Origin: the human T2T-CHM13v2.0 reference genome, Homo sapiens
Assembly: GCF_009914755.1 (NCBI RefSeq)
Contig: NC_060931.1
Strand: one strand, 5' to 3'
Length of the DNA stretch: 64,000 nt
Shown: one piece after another, positions 15,155 to 28,200 of the stretch
Position numbering within the stretch: the stretch's first letter is position 1
How the letters are laid out: every line of letters starts with the position of its first letter
Notes under the pieces: model-generated
Database searches by the model: none
What the model was told of the DNA's origin: nothing
The model's input: the letters and a program-made list of their open reading frames with translations, nothing else
Made by a program: the position numbers and the translations under genes

Positions 15155-15300
15155 CAGGGATGCTCGAACTCTCCTGTGCACACATCACCTGGGGACCTGC
15201 CTGTGAGACAGCAGGTCAAGGCTGGGGTCTAAGATTCTACATTGCTGAGACATTTCCCATGACACAAATGTTGCTGACTGTTCCACACGCTTTGAACACA
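15155..15300. mobile_element. MER5-family hAT relic
   Basis: catcacctgggga...ggctggggtctaagattctacatt...ccacacgctttga. Confidence 0.55.
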
Positions 15301-15906
15301 CAAAAACTAGTTTGAGAAATCGACTTTCAAACAGAAGCACAACAAATGAACATTTTAATTATGTTCGGCTGGGAGCCACTGGCTAACATTCAATTTTGAC
15401 TTGGGCCTCTGTGCTCTTTACCCTTATTTGTGGTTTTTATCACAGTAGTTGTCCTGATGTGTTCAGTGCTATATAGAATGCCATTATCTATGATCTCCGC
15501 CCCAAAACTTAGAACCAATAATTTCTTTTGCACAAAGGTCTCTGTGTCTCATCTTCCTTACCTGTTAAACAAGGGACTTGGACTAGCTTTGCTTAAGTTT
15601 CTTCCAGCTCAAACTTTCTTTGAGTATGGGATACTTTTCACACCCAGAAAGAAGATTCTGTGGGTCTCAGTTAACTACCTGTGCCTTCAAACACCATCCT
15701 TTACTTTAACCTTGAAGTCTTTCTCATCATTTTGTCCTACACTAAGGAAATAAAGTATCCTAGATGGGATAGAATACTCCTTGCTCATTGCTGCTGTGAT
15801 TTTTCTTACTAGTCAGCTGAGGTAGCCACAATGAGTGGTAAGCTTTCTGCTGAATAGCTAATTCCCATGAACTAGTTGTCTTTCTGATCTGTCCTCTATT
15901 TTCAAG

Positions 15907-15908
<2 letters not shown>

Positions 15909-15950
<42 letters not shown>
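15909..15950. repeat. (GT)21 microsatellite
   Basis: Perfect dinucleotide run. Confidence 0.98.
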
Positions 15951-15954
<4 letters not shown>

Positions 15955-18900
15955 AACTTCACTGACTTCATCCCTGTGGTTGGTTCGTGCACATAACTGA
16001 GTGGGAATGCTGACTACATCCAGACCATGTAGCTGTAATCTGCGTTCCTTTAGCACAATCCAGAAAATACCCATCTTCTGTGGGTGTTTCTCTGTGGGCA
16101 TAAAGTGACCACTGTCTTTATCAGAATGTCACTCCCTTAATACGTGGTTTTTACAGAAACCTTACTCTCAGGATTGACACTGCAGAATTTTGCAAAGATG
16201 CTATACAATGTCCAATAATCCCAGTCGGACAGCCATTTTCAAAAGCCACAATTCAGTTCCTCTGTTCTTATTGCCCAACCACACTCCACTCCTTGAAGTA
16301 AGCACTTAAAAGATTTGGTTTCAAAATATCCAAAAAATGCATAAGGCAGGAGCCACTCGTCAATGACACAGATTTTCCAGCCCATCGAAAATGCATTTAC
16401 CTTCCTCACAGGTCTAGCAGGCGCCTCCTCACTGACCTTCACAGGCAAGTTGGAATGGAAGGGTGTTGCTGGAAATGGAGTGAAGTCATGTTAAACATGT
16501 CCCCAAATGTTTATGCTGCGGAGTGATCAGTAACCACCATCTTCACTTTACTTTGATTCATTTTGTTTTTCTTCACTGCCTCACCCCTCTTCTCTTCCTG
16601 TTTCTGTCAAACTTGTTCGGTGATGAAAACAGTGATCCTCACAAAATACCTAATAGCTGTGAAGGCTGATAGTAGGAACACAACAGGGCAGGAGTCTGCT
16701 TGTGGGATCTGGGGACGGAGGCACACGTAGGACCAGCGTCTTCTCCTGGTACCTCTGGCTCTATCTGCTCCGTGCTCTGCTTTTTCTACCTTGCAGCTTC
16801 CTCTGTTTGCTCAGTGTCTCTGCTCCTCTGTTGCTTAGACTTACACGTGGCACTTTCCAGCCACCTAACCTGTTTCTTGCTATATGTAGCCTTCCATCCA
16901 ACTGCATTTTGGCAAATTCTTTCCATGTATTTTAGTTCAAATTCTCAGCGGAAAGAATTTGATCATATGAGTACCTTACCTTTTCATTGGACCAATGGAA
17001 GATTGCTGTCTAGCCTCTTATTGGTGCTCCCAGATCATGTGATCTTTGTCACGTGACTTTCATGGACCCAATCATCTGTGACTCAGGTACCACAAGGTAC
17101 AAATCATGGCCCAGGCGGCAAAGGACTGAGGGCTGGGCGGATTCCTTGTGAAGAGAGTTTAGACGGGGCTGGCAATTTCCCGGGTACAGGCTTTCCTCAT
17201 CTTACCCTGAAAGGGATCTAGATATAAAAACCAAATGAGGAGCTTCAGGGGATTGGAGGCCACAGGACACAGAGCTACAGAGTAAGTACAGCCCGCCTCC
17301 TGGATTCAATCTTGAAACGTGAGAATGAGTGAAGCCAGAGTCACAGAGAATTGAAGCTGACCTCCTTGAAAACAAGACCAAAGAAGTGTGTTCAGAAGCC
17401 AAAAATGAGCTGGAGTCCTTGTAGAGGCTCAGCCCAACATATCAAAACATTGTCAGGGAGAGGAGGCTGAGGCCTTGCTGGAAGCGGCGGGTGTGAAAGG
17501 GCAGGAGAGGAAAGCTCTCAGCTGTGAATGTGCGCTGTACTTGTGGAAGTAAATCGGGCCACAGCCTGCCACACTGCACATCAAGGGTCATGGCACTGTG
17601 TGAATTCCATTTGCAGGTTCCCTTTTTAAAAGGCAAAGCTGGCCTTCCTGGCTCTAATGGAGAAGAGCAGCTTCAAGTTTACAGCCAGAGAGGAGGACGT
17701 TTCCCTGGCATCGGGAGACTTTGATTGTCTGGGCTGGGTACCCCATTGCTTTTGTGGTCCTCAAGCCCCCTGCCCATTGCCACCTCCTTCGCATTTTCTG
17801 TACTCCACTGCTTGGCTACTTTTACCAAAGATTTCTTATGTTTGAATAGCCATATGTGGCATTAAGAGTGACTTGACTTAAAAGCTAATTCAATAAAGCT
17901 TCTGGAAGAAAATAAAGAATACTTGCACAACCTGGGGATGAGCAGGGATTCCACAAACAGGACACTAAAACACTAACCATAAAATAATAAAAATAATAAT
18001 TTGGACTTTATCAAAATTAAAAGATTTTGCTCATTGAAAGACACCATTGAAAACATGAAATGAAAGCCAAAGACTGAGAGGAATATCCCAATGTGTATGC
18101 TTAATAAAGGACTTGCATCCAGAATACAGGCATACCTTGTTTTAGTGCACTTTGCTGTATTGCCTTTCATAGATATTGTGATTTTTACAAATTGAAAGTT
18201 TCTGGCAACCCTGAATCGAGCAAGTCTATTGGCACCATGCTTCCAACAGCATGTGCTCATTTTGCGTCTCTGTCATATTTAGGTAATTCTTGCAGTATCT
18301 CACACTTCTTCATTGTTATTGTTATTATTATATCTGTTTGGTGCTATGTGATCAATCATGTTTGATGTTACCATTCTAATTGCCTTGGGGTGCCACAAAC
18401 TGTGCCCATATAAGATGGCAAACTTAATTGATAAATGTTGTGTGTGTTTTGACTTCTCCACCAACCAGATGTTTCCCCGTCTCTCTCTCTCTCTCTCTCT
18501 CCCTCCCTCTCTTCTGACCTCTCTATTCCCTGAGACACAAAATATTGAAATTAGGTCAATTAATAACTCTACAATGGCCTCTAAGTATTCAAGTGAAGAG
18601 TTGCACGTCTCTCACTTTCAATCAAAAGCTAGAAAAGGTTAAACTTAGGGAGGAAGGCATCTCAAAAGCCTAGATAGGCTCAAAGCTAGGCCTCTTGTGC
18701 CAAACAGTTAGCCAAGTTCTGAATACAAAGGAAAAGCTATTGAAGGAAATTAAAAGTGCTACTCTAGTGAACACATGAAAAGGAAGTGAAACAGCCTTAT
18801 TGCTGACATAGAGAACATTTGAGTGATTTGGATAGCAGATCAAACCAGCCACAACATTCCCTTTAGCCAAAGCCTGATCCAGAGCAAGGCCCTAACTCTC

Positions 18901-19148
18901 ATCACTTCTGTGAAGGCTGAGACAGGTGAGGAACCTGCAGAAGTTGGAAGCTAGCAGAGGTTGATTGGTTCCTGAGGTTTAAGGAAAGGAGCCATCTCTG
19001 TTACATAAAAGTGCAAGATGAAGCAGCAAGTACTAATGTAGAATTTGTAACAAGTTATCCAGAAGATCTAGCTAAGATCATTGATGAAGATAAATACACT
19101 AAACAACAGGTTCTTGCTATAGACAAAACAGCTTTATATTAGAAGAAG

Positions 19149-19406
19149 ATGCCAGCTAGGACTTTCATAGCTAGAAAGGAGAAGTCAATGCCTGGCTTCA
19201 AAGCTGCAAAGGACAGGCTGACTGTCCTGTTAGAAGCTAATGCAGCTGGTGATTTTAAGTTCAAGCCGATGCTCATTTATCATGCTGAAAATCCTAGAGC
19301 CCTTAAGAATGATGCTAAGTCTGTTGTGTCTGGGCTCCAGAAATGGCATAGCAAAGTCTGGATGACAGCACATCTGTTCACAGCACATCTCTTCATAGTT
19401 TATTGA
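19149..19406 (+). pseudogene. Disrupted Tigger1 transposase (DDE-domain segment)
   Basis: [54 protein letters not shown] resembles Tigger1/TIGD-family transposase; stop directly upstream and frame loss downstream. Confidence 0.9.
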
Positions 19407-19794
19407 ATATTTTAGGCCCACTGTTGAAACCTATGGTACAGAAAAAAAGATTATTTTCAAAATCTTACTGCTCATTGACAATGTACTTGGCCACCCAAGA
19501 ATTCTGACGGAGATGTACAAAGACTTTAAGGTTGTTTTCACACCTGCTAACACAACATTCATCTGCAACCAATGAACCCATGGACCAAGGAAATATTTTG
19601 ACTTTCAAGTTTTATTACTTAAGAAATACATTTTGTAAGGCTATAATTGCCATAGAGAGTGATTTCTTCTGATGGATCTGGGCAAAGTAAATTGAAAACC
19701 TTCTGGAAAAGATTGACCATTCTAGATGCCATTAAGAACATTTGTGATTCATGAATATTTGTGATTCATGGGGAAGAGGTCAAAATATCAACAT

Positions 19795-20373
19795 CGTATT
19801 AGTCAGGGTTCTCCAGAGGGATAGAACTGATAGGATATATGTATATATAAAAGGGAGCTTATTAAGGAGAGTTAGGTCACACGATCGCAAAGTGAAGGCC
19901 CATGATAGGTCATCTGCAAGCTGGGGAAGAGAGAAGCCAGTAGTGTCTCAGTCTGAGTCCAAAAGCCTCAAAAGCAGGGAAGCCAACAGTGCAGCCTTCA
20001 GTCTGTGGCTGAAGGTTTGACAGCCCCCAGCAAACCACTGGTGTAAGTCCGAGAGTCCAAAGGCCAAAGAACCTGGAGTCTGATGTCCAAGGACAGGAGG
20101 AATGGGAAGAGGCATCCAGCATGGGAGAAAGATGAAAGCCAGAACTCACCAAGCCAGCTCATCCCACCTTCTGCCTGTTTTGTTCTAGCTGCAATGGCAG
20201 CTGATTGGATGGGGCCCACCCACATTGAGGGTGGGTCTTCCTCTCACAGTCCACTGACTCAAATGTCAGTCTCCTCTGTCAACACCCTCACAGATACACC
20301 CAGAAACAATACCTTACCAGCTATCTAGGCATCCTTCAATCCAATCAAGTTGGCACCTAATATTAACCACACA
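19795..20373 (-). mobile_element. MLT2A (MLT2A2-like) HERV-L solo LTR inside Tigger1
   Basis: GTATTAGTCAGGGTTCTC...TAATATTAACCACACA; perfect 5-bp TSD AACAT at 19790-19794 and 20374-20378. Confidence 0.92.
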
Positions 20374-20907
20374 AACATTAACAGGAGTTTGGAAGAAGTT
20401 GATTCCAGCCTTCATGGATGATTTTGAGGGGATCAAGACTTAAATGGAGGAAGGAACTGCAGATGTGGAACTAGCGAGAGAACTAGAACTAGAAATGGAG
20501 CCTGAAGATGTGACTGAATTGCTGCAGTCCCAGGATAAAACTTGAACAGATGAGGAGCTGCTTCTTACAGATGAGCAAATAAAGTAGTTTCTTGATGTGG
20601 AATCCATTCCTGATGAAGATTCTGTGAACATTGTTAAAATGACAACAAAGAATTTAAAATGCAAAACTAAGTTGGTAAGGCAGCAGCAGGCTTTGAAAGG
20701 ATTAACTGTAGTTTAGATGGAAGTTCTACTGTGGGTAAAGTGCTACCAAACAGCATCTCATGTTACAGAGAAATTTTTCATGAACGGGAGAGTAAATCAA
20801 TGCAGCAAACTTTATTCTCTTATTTTCAGAAGTTGCCACAGTCAGTTGATCAGTCAGTAGCTATCAATATTGAGGCAAGACCCTCCACCAGCAGAAAAAT
20901 TATGACT

Positions 20908-21045
20908 CAAATTTTTGAGGTGATTGGTAAGCTAATTACTCTGATTGATCATAATACATTCTATATATGTACTAAAATATCACACTGTACCCTATAAGTA
21001 TGTACAATTATTTCATGTCAATTTAAAATAATAAAAGCAAAAATA
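20908..21045 (+). mobile_element. Short L1MA-like 3' end inside Tigger1
   Basis: tgaggtgattggtaagctaattactctg...tatgtacaattat...A-tail; diverged TSD agaaaaattatgact / aaaaagattacaact. Confidence 0.8.
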
Positions 21046-21597
21046 AAAAAGATTACAACTAACTGAAGCCTCAGATGATTGTTAACTTTTCTTAGCAATA
21101 AGGTATTTTTAAATTAAGGTATGTAAATTGTTTTGTTAGAGAATGCTGTTGTACACTTAGTAGACTACAATGTAAACATAACTTTTATATGCACTGGAAA
21201 ACCAAGAAATTTGTGTGACTTGCTTTATTATGATATTTGCTTTATTGTGGTGATCTGGAACCAAACCCACTATCTCTGAGGTATGCTTGTGTATTAAGAA
21301 CACCTACAAATCATAATAAAAAGACAAACAATACAATAAAAAAGCTAAAGACTTGAGTAGACATTTTCCAAACACACAAATGGTCTAGGAACACATGCAA
21401 ACTGCTCATTATTCATCAGGAAAATACAAATGAGAAATTACAGTGTGTTATCACTTTACAATCACTAAGATGGCTATAATTACAAAGACTGGCAATACCA
21501 AAAGTATATCGACTGGATGTAGAAAAATTGAGCTCTCATATATTGCTGGTGGGAGGGCAAAAGAGGATAATTTGGATGACTGTTGATCAGTTCTTTA

Positions 21598-21890
<293 letters not shown>

Positions 21891-22299
21891 CACCACATTC
21901 CCAAGGAAGGAACTTTTGATACATACAACAACATCGATGAATCTCAGAACAATTATGTTGAGTGAAAAAGACAAACATCCCCCCAAAAGAGTACATATTA
22001 TATGATTCCATTTATTTAAGACTCTAGAAAATCCAAACTATAGTAAGGGAAAACAGATCAGTGGTTGCTTGGGGGATGGGGATGGGGATATACACGGGAG
22101 TGATTACAAAGAATACAGGGAACTTTGAGAGGATGACGAAAATGCTCATTTTAAATATGAGCCATTTGTTGCATGTCAACTATACCTCAATAAAATAGTT
22201 TATTGGTATATTATATAGAGGGTATATAATACATTTAATATTTTTAAAAAATAGTCACTTTGTTTAAAGTGACTCGAAATAAAACAACAACAAAAATGA

Positions 22300-22772
22300 G
22301 AACACATGTTCTCCATGAGCCACAAATTCATTCCTAGATATTTATCTGAAAGAAATGAAGGCATTTGTTCATACAAAGATTTGTTCAAGACGGTTTATGA
22401 CAGTTTTATTCTTACTAGCAAGAAACTGAAAATAACTAACATGTCAATCAACAAGTAAATAGATAAACAATTTGTGGTGCATTTGTATAATGGAATATTA
22501 CTAACCATTTCAAAAACTGACATTCACAAAAGTCTGATTAAATCTAAAAAAGATATATCCCAAATACAAAAGATTACTTTCTTTGTGATTTCATTTATAT
22601 GAAGTTGAAGAACTTGCAAAACTCATCTATGGTGATAGAATCAGAACAGTGGTTTTCTCTTGGTGGTGGGGAGGTGGGAGGTTGAGTGGCTGGAGGTTGA
22701 TGACAAATGGTCTGAGAAACTTTCTAGGGTGACAGAAATGTGTTATATCTTAAGTGAGATATTGGTTACATG
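22300..22772 (+). mobile_element. L1M 3' fragment
   Basis: ttcctagatatttatctgaaagaaatgaagg...catctatggtgatagaatcagaacagtgg. Confidence 0.75.
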
Positions 22773-22785
22773 ATGAAGTGGATAC

Positions 22786-23198
22786 TGTGGTGCTCTGCTC
22801 AGCTGCCCTCTTCAAGGCCGACATGCCCATTTCCTAGCTGCTAGGATAACCCACACCTGCATTTCCGACTGAGCATTGCCCTTGGTCACAGGGAACTGCC
22901 TTGCCCAGACATTTCCCTTGCAAGGGCTGAGCCATAACAAATGACTGTCCAGTGCAGAGATTTCTAGACCTGCCCTGCTTGCCTCACTTTAAGACACTCT
23001 GAAGAGCCATTCCTTCTCCAAAGCTCCCCATAGAATTAGCTAAAGCCTTAGCTGCAGCTTCATTGTGGATTAGCTTCTCCCTCTTTCCAATCCAGCTTTC
23101 TTCATTTATTTACAGGTTTATTGTTGAGAGTATATACCAGTAAACTTTCTGCACATAATTTTCCACTTCAGCATTTGTTTCTAGAAGATGGAACTACA
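22786..23198 (+). mobile_element. LTR16-family ERVL 5' LTR
   Basis: TGTGG start, gggaactgccttgcc, ctctgaagagccatt, agtaaactttctgcac; followed directly by ERVL-type internal sequence. Confidence 0.7.
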
Positions 23199-25030
23199 AT
23201 TGGTCCTAGAACGTGAAATTTAAAATGGAATTTTAAAGCTGGATAAACAGCCAGGGCTGTCAACGAGATCCCATTTTTAGTGGGATGTGGAGCATGAATG
23301 GTCCTTAGCAGACTGCGTGGTGTGATGGTTACAACCTGTACTGACAGTGGATGTGGTTAGGACATCAGTGGATGGGAATACATTAGTTGGTGAGCTTGAG
23401 TGGAACGAGAAAAGTTGTAACCACAAAGACTGTGGCACCAAGTGGCTGTTGCTGCATGCATGGATTCTTAGAAGATTATAACCAGCTCAGGATGATTAAT
23501 CACCAGTTCATAAGCAGTGGGTTTAAGAGAAGTTTGACTTCTCAGCCTAGCAGGTCTCCCTCCCAAAGGCCAGAACTCTGTTTCAGAAGGAAGGAGACCC
23601 TGATAATTGGGTGTGAAATATCTGCTATGAAAATCTTGAGTGCCTAAATAACCCTGAACCCACTTGGTGCAAGTGGCTCACTCTTACCTGTTAGAAAATA
23701 GTAGCCCTCCCCTTGCTTGAAGAACATGCAAAAAGCACAAGTGAAATAATTACAAAACAGTGTTTGTCCTCACTCAGGATCTCACTGCCTCTCACACCAT
23801 CCCACTTACTTCCTGGCAATAAGACCAATAACAAGTGTTAAAGCTAGGATCTAGCTAGTATGTACTGATGGGTCCCTGCGTGTGCAGGATCAAAAGAGGA
23901 GGAAATAAAGTTGGATAAAGAAGAGTGTATTGGTATGGGGAACTCTCCAGTACCTAGGATTTAACTCCTTGGCAAGGATCCCGAAGTCAGGCTAATGGGT
24001 TGCTAGAATGGCTATTGGAAGCTTGAGAAAAGTGATGGCCTCCACTAAGTGAAGGAGCACCTGCAGAACTGCTGTGGCAGATAGGGAGGAAAGAATCAAA
24101 AGCCTCGAAGAATTGGGTATGCTAGAACAGGTATATTTCATAAGGCCAGGAAACTTACCAACTGACCAAGTTTGGGACGAGGGCCCAAAGAATGTACTAA
24201 AATTGTCATGCAGCTCAGCGGTGATTGTCTTCATAGACCAGGGCTACCAACAGGAGATGTGAATACGAAACTGAGCTCCTGAGAGCAATGGGGATGGCTG
24301 GATCCCAAAATCGTAGAGGGCAGGTGGCAGCGCTTAACTATCAGAAGCAATGTGGGCACAATTATTACAATAAGCAGCAAAGGCAGAGTGGTGGCCTTGA
24401 GGACAGACCAACGGAGAGATGAAGGTGGTTGACAGAATTTTGTGCTCCTAGGGCTGAGAGAGTTGGGCAACAAACAAAAGCATTGCTTAATATGTGCAAT
24501 CAAAAGAAGACAAGGATGAATGGTCAGATGCCTGTGGACAGCAGCCCCAGTGAAAATTCAAGATTCCTGGCTATTCTCAGACATGGAAACCATTGACCGA
24601 AGTACAGGCCAAGTCCCTTGAAGGAACAATTCTGCAAAGCCACAGCATGCATACTCAGCAGCAATTTTCCCAGTCACTCGGTAGTAATTCTCCCAGTCAC
24701 TCAGTAGTAATTTTTCCAGTCCTTCCTTTCGGCTACTTATTCAGATAACCGTGCAATGAAGAAAGAAGAATATATATAGGTATTTTAGAAATTGTTGGAT
24801 AACATAAGGTCTTGACCTAGGGAGTTGACACTGATGCCCAGGAGCCTCCAAAGCAACCATGGCCTACCTTTTAGAATTAGAGTGTATGAGGAACAGATAA
24901 TAATTGGAGCCCTGAACCTAGTCCAGCTTGCCGCAGGCTCACTGGCCTCCTGGAACCACCCAGTATCATTTTCCCAGTTCCTGAACATGTAATTGGAATT
25001 GTCATACTTGGTAGTTGGCATAACCATTGC
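23199..25030 (+). mobile_element. Decayed ERVL-class internal region (HERV16/ERV3-16A3-like gag-pro)
   Basis: ORF 24074-24262 (EERIKSLEELGMLEQVYFIRP...WDEGP) resembles ERVL gag; protease-like gagttgacactgatgcccagga near 24820. Confidence 0.7.
24653..24721. repeat. 3 x 23-bp imperfect tandem repeat
   Basis: actcagcagcaattttcccagtc / actcggtagtaattctcccagtc / actcagtagtaatttttccagtc. Confidence 0.9.
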
Positions 25031-25511
25031 TCCTGGATTTTGCCACCCAAACTTCACTTTCTACCTTGAACTGTTGTTGGTCCATGAAGAACAGCTTGGA
25101 CTCAAACCCCTTGGCTCTTCTCAGTCTTAGCTGTTGAACACACCTAGATTTAGTCTTGAAACCACATCTGCTCTGACTGGCCCAGCCAGATAAACATATC
25201 CACTCTCAGGGGAGATTGCATACTCTTAAGCCAATGGTCTAAACTTCCTATTCAAAAATAACCCAGGCCTGGCTTGTACATCTTCCATTTTTTGTTTAAA
25301 GAGATATTAGAATGTGAGAAATGATATTATACCCTAAGATCAAAGCTGAAAACATAGAGTAAATAGATCCTGGGCTCCACCAATGCAAGTGCAATGCAAG
25401 TAAATATATTCTGTATGATACGCCAATAAAAAACAGGGATACATAGTTACTTGGAGATGGAATGGGTAGCAGATGTGCTTTTTTTTAAGTACTATCAATA
25501 AACAATAAAAT

Positions 25512-25740
25512 TAGCTACCATTCTTTGAGCAACTACTATGTACCACGAATGTTCCCATATGCCTTCTCATCTAATCTTAATGACCACCCTGTGAGGTGAA
25601 TGGCATGCCCATTTTATAAAGAAGGAAACTGAGGGTCAGAGAGCTGAGAAAAATGACCCAAAGTCATAAAGCTTGTGAGAGGCAGCCAGAATCCCAGTAT
25701 GGTTTGCTGATTGTGGAACCAGTGCTGTTTCTGCCACACT
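25512..25740 (-). mobile_element. MIR SINE
   Basis: cccattttataaagaaggaaactgagggtcagagag antisense core. Confidence 0.8.
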
Positions 25741-26479
25741 AAACTGCATCCTGATTACGGAGATTTGCAGCCCAAGCACCTCGGATAAATTGCTTGGCTT
25801 CCAGCAACTGGGCTTAAGAAAATATGCCTTTTCTTTCATGTTTTTGAAGACAGAATCCATCATAAAGGGCATTCCTTTAAGACCTTCTGCTTTGAAGTGA
25901 TAAAAGCTAGATTGAAGGAAGGCTCCCAGGCTCCTGATCTGGGTTCACCCCTGCCCTGAGAGCCAGGAAATGTGATTTCTTCTGCCATCTCTTTCACTTA
26001 TGGTACTTGCTCTGCTTCTTGGGTCTCCAGTGATTTTTTTTTTTCTTAAGAAAAGAAGATAGCTTGGGTTAATTTCCAGTTCTCCACAATTTATCTGTAC
26101 TGAGCTGGAAGAGTGTTGAGTGGGAAAGGGCTTCCTTGTCCACGAGGGCCTCGCAGCTCTTCAACACCCACCACTTCTGCCTCATGTCAAAGGCAAGCAG
26201 ATCGGTTTATTAAATAGCTGTCAAACCGAATCAGCGAGCACCGAGAACACACAGAGGGGAGATTGGATTAGAGGGAGAGGACATGCCACGCTAAACAAGG
26301 GCACAGATTTATGGCTTTGGCCATGCAGCCTCAGAAATGATGCCCAAGGTAGCTATGTGTTGGGGGCGGCTGGGCCAAGGAAGTGAAGTGTGATATTCAC
26401 AGGGAAGGACTGAGGCATAAGGTGTTTCCAGTGACCATACTTTTCCTTTCTGGCACTCAGATCACTTGTAATTAGCATA

Positions 26480-26615
26480 TAAGTAATGACATGTGTTTAT
26501 TTGGTAAATGACTCTCTTCCTCATCAAAGTATAAGTTTACCCAGGGTAGGGGCTGCTGGAGGCTATTCACTTCTATTTTCCAGTGAGGGCACATGGCTGG
26601 CATCATAATAAGATA
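26480..26615 (+). mobile_element. L2 3' end relic
   Basis: gtataagtttacccagggtagggg...gcacatggctgggcatc. Confidence 0.45.
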
Positions 26616-27799
26616 TGCTTGCAACATTAACTCCACTGAAGACAGCAACTCCTAGACTCTCACCAACTTAGAAAATATGGATGATGCTTTACTCACCAAA
26701 TGGAATTCACAAACTTGGGTTCTAATTAACACTTTCATAGATTGCCCCTGTCCACTTTTCATAGCCCCCACAGATGAGAGGCAATTTGAACTAAAGAGGA
26801 AAACAAAGTGACAGATACCTGCTAGCCAATGTCACTTTAAGCCCAGTGGAAATAGAAATGTGTGCATGAATGATTACTGAGGGCATTTTGGAAGAACTGC
26901 TGGACTAGATTCTTGCCCTGGAGGGACCTAGACCATAGCAGAGAAGAAGTAGTCTTTGTATTTCCCATTCCAACATTTTTCTTTTATTTGTCGTCATCTG
27001 GGATTTTATCTCAGTGTCCACCTCTTCCATACACCTCACATGTGTGGTGAGGGAAATGTCCCCACTCTTGGCTCTAGGAGCGGGGACACCTCTGCCTCAG
27101 GCCTACACTAATCGACATAATAGCATCCACTCATCCCAGCAATGGATGCAGTTATGGTTACATGGTCTAATGTGGGCCAATGAGAAGGGAGAAGATATGG
27201 GCTAAGGGTTTCCTTACTTCTGTGAGAGAACTTCCAGAACCGTCATTCTTTTTCTTTCTGAATGCAGGAGAGGAAACGTGCTCCTTGCCTCTCTCCCTCT
27301 ATCTGACTCAGTTCCTTATCATCCTCATATATGTACTGATCGGTGGAAACTAAATGCACCCAGAACCCTAGAAGCTGGGAAATGCAGTCTTTGACTTTCC
27401 AGCCTGTTCGGGATTGGAAGGTGCTAGAAGGGGCTGAAATGAGCATTGAATGAGCCAGTTTGCAGCATCTGCTGTATCACCTTCTTTGTTACTTTAAGAG
27501 TAGTGACTATTGATCATGTTTTTGAAATCTACAAGAACTTCGAATAGTGAGCAAAAGAGTTAAGAATGTAACTATGGGGAATTGGGACTGTCTTTGAGTA
27601 GGAAAAATACATCCATGTTTCATGTTTATTTCCTTTGTATTAATTTTAGAAAAACAATAATCTTATAAAAGTGACAAATCAGATGACTAGATGGCTACTG
27701 CAACCATCTAAGTGTGAAGGGTCGTATCCTGGATGGGGCCAGTTGAGAAGGAAACAAACTCTCAGATTGAGCCATATCACTATGATAGAGTTGGGGGAC

Positions 27800-28200
27800 C
27801 TTGTGGTTAGAATTTTTGTAGTTGCTTAAATCAGAAATACCCATATGCTGATTTAAGCAGAATGGCGGCTTTATCACTAAGGCACAGTGGTGTTTGACAG
27901 AACCCTGGGCAGAGGAGCATTACTGCCAGGGCTCTCTGTCTCTCCTCTTTCCTTTCTTTTCTTCACCTTCTGCATTCTCCTTTGTATCTACAGATTGGCT
28001 TCCTCTGCCTCCCCATGTGCCTAGGGGGCGGGGAAGGTGGGGTGTGGGGAGTGGAGAAGTCGGGGGTGGAAGCAAGGCCATGACAGCTCTTGAGTTTGTA
28101 TAGCCTTCTCTCTCACTCCCATGGAAGGGACGCTGCATGGTCCAACTGGGGTTCAGGCTGACCCCTGAGCCAATCAATCAGGTCCCAGGAGGAGGGACGG
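27800..28200 (-). mobile_element. Old MLT1-family LTR relic
   Basis: ggttagaatttttgtagttgc...cagaaatacc...atttaagcag and cccctgagccaatca resemble antisense MLT1J/K/L. Confidence 0.4.

Larger units (their letters stand above)
18127..21289 (+). mobile_element. Tigger1 (TcMar-Tigger), near full length, with nested insertions
   Basis: TA-CAGGCATACCT... and ...GAGGTATGCTTG termini; transposase-like internal sequence. Confidence 0.95.

Noticed and set aside
16680-17110. Possible old LTR relics (also ~26950-27420 and ~28850-29100)
   Set aside because: Only faint resemblance; I cannot assign a family or boundaries.
19149-19406. Domesticated TIGD-like gene
   Set aside because: Only a short frame survives; the transposase is broken by stops, frameshifts and an LTR insertion.
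24653-24721. CRISPR-like repeats
   Set aside because: Three adjacent 23-bp copies with no spacers, inside an ERV relic; a simple tandem repeat.
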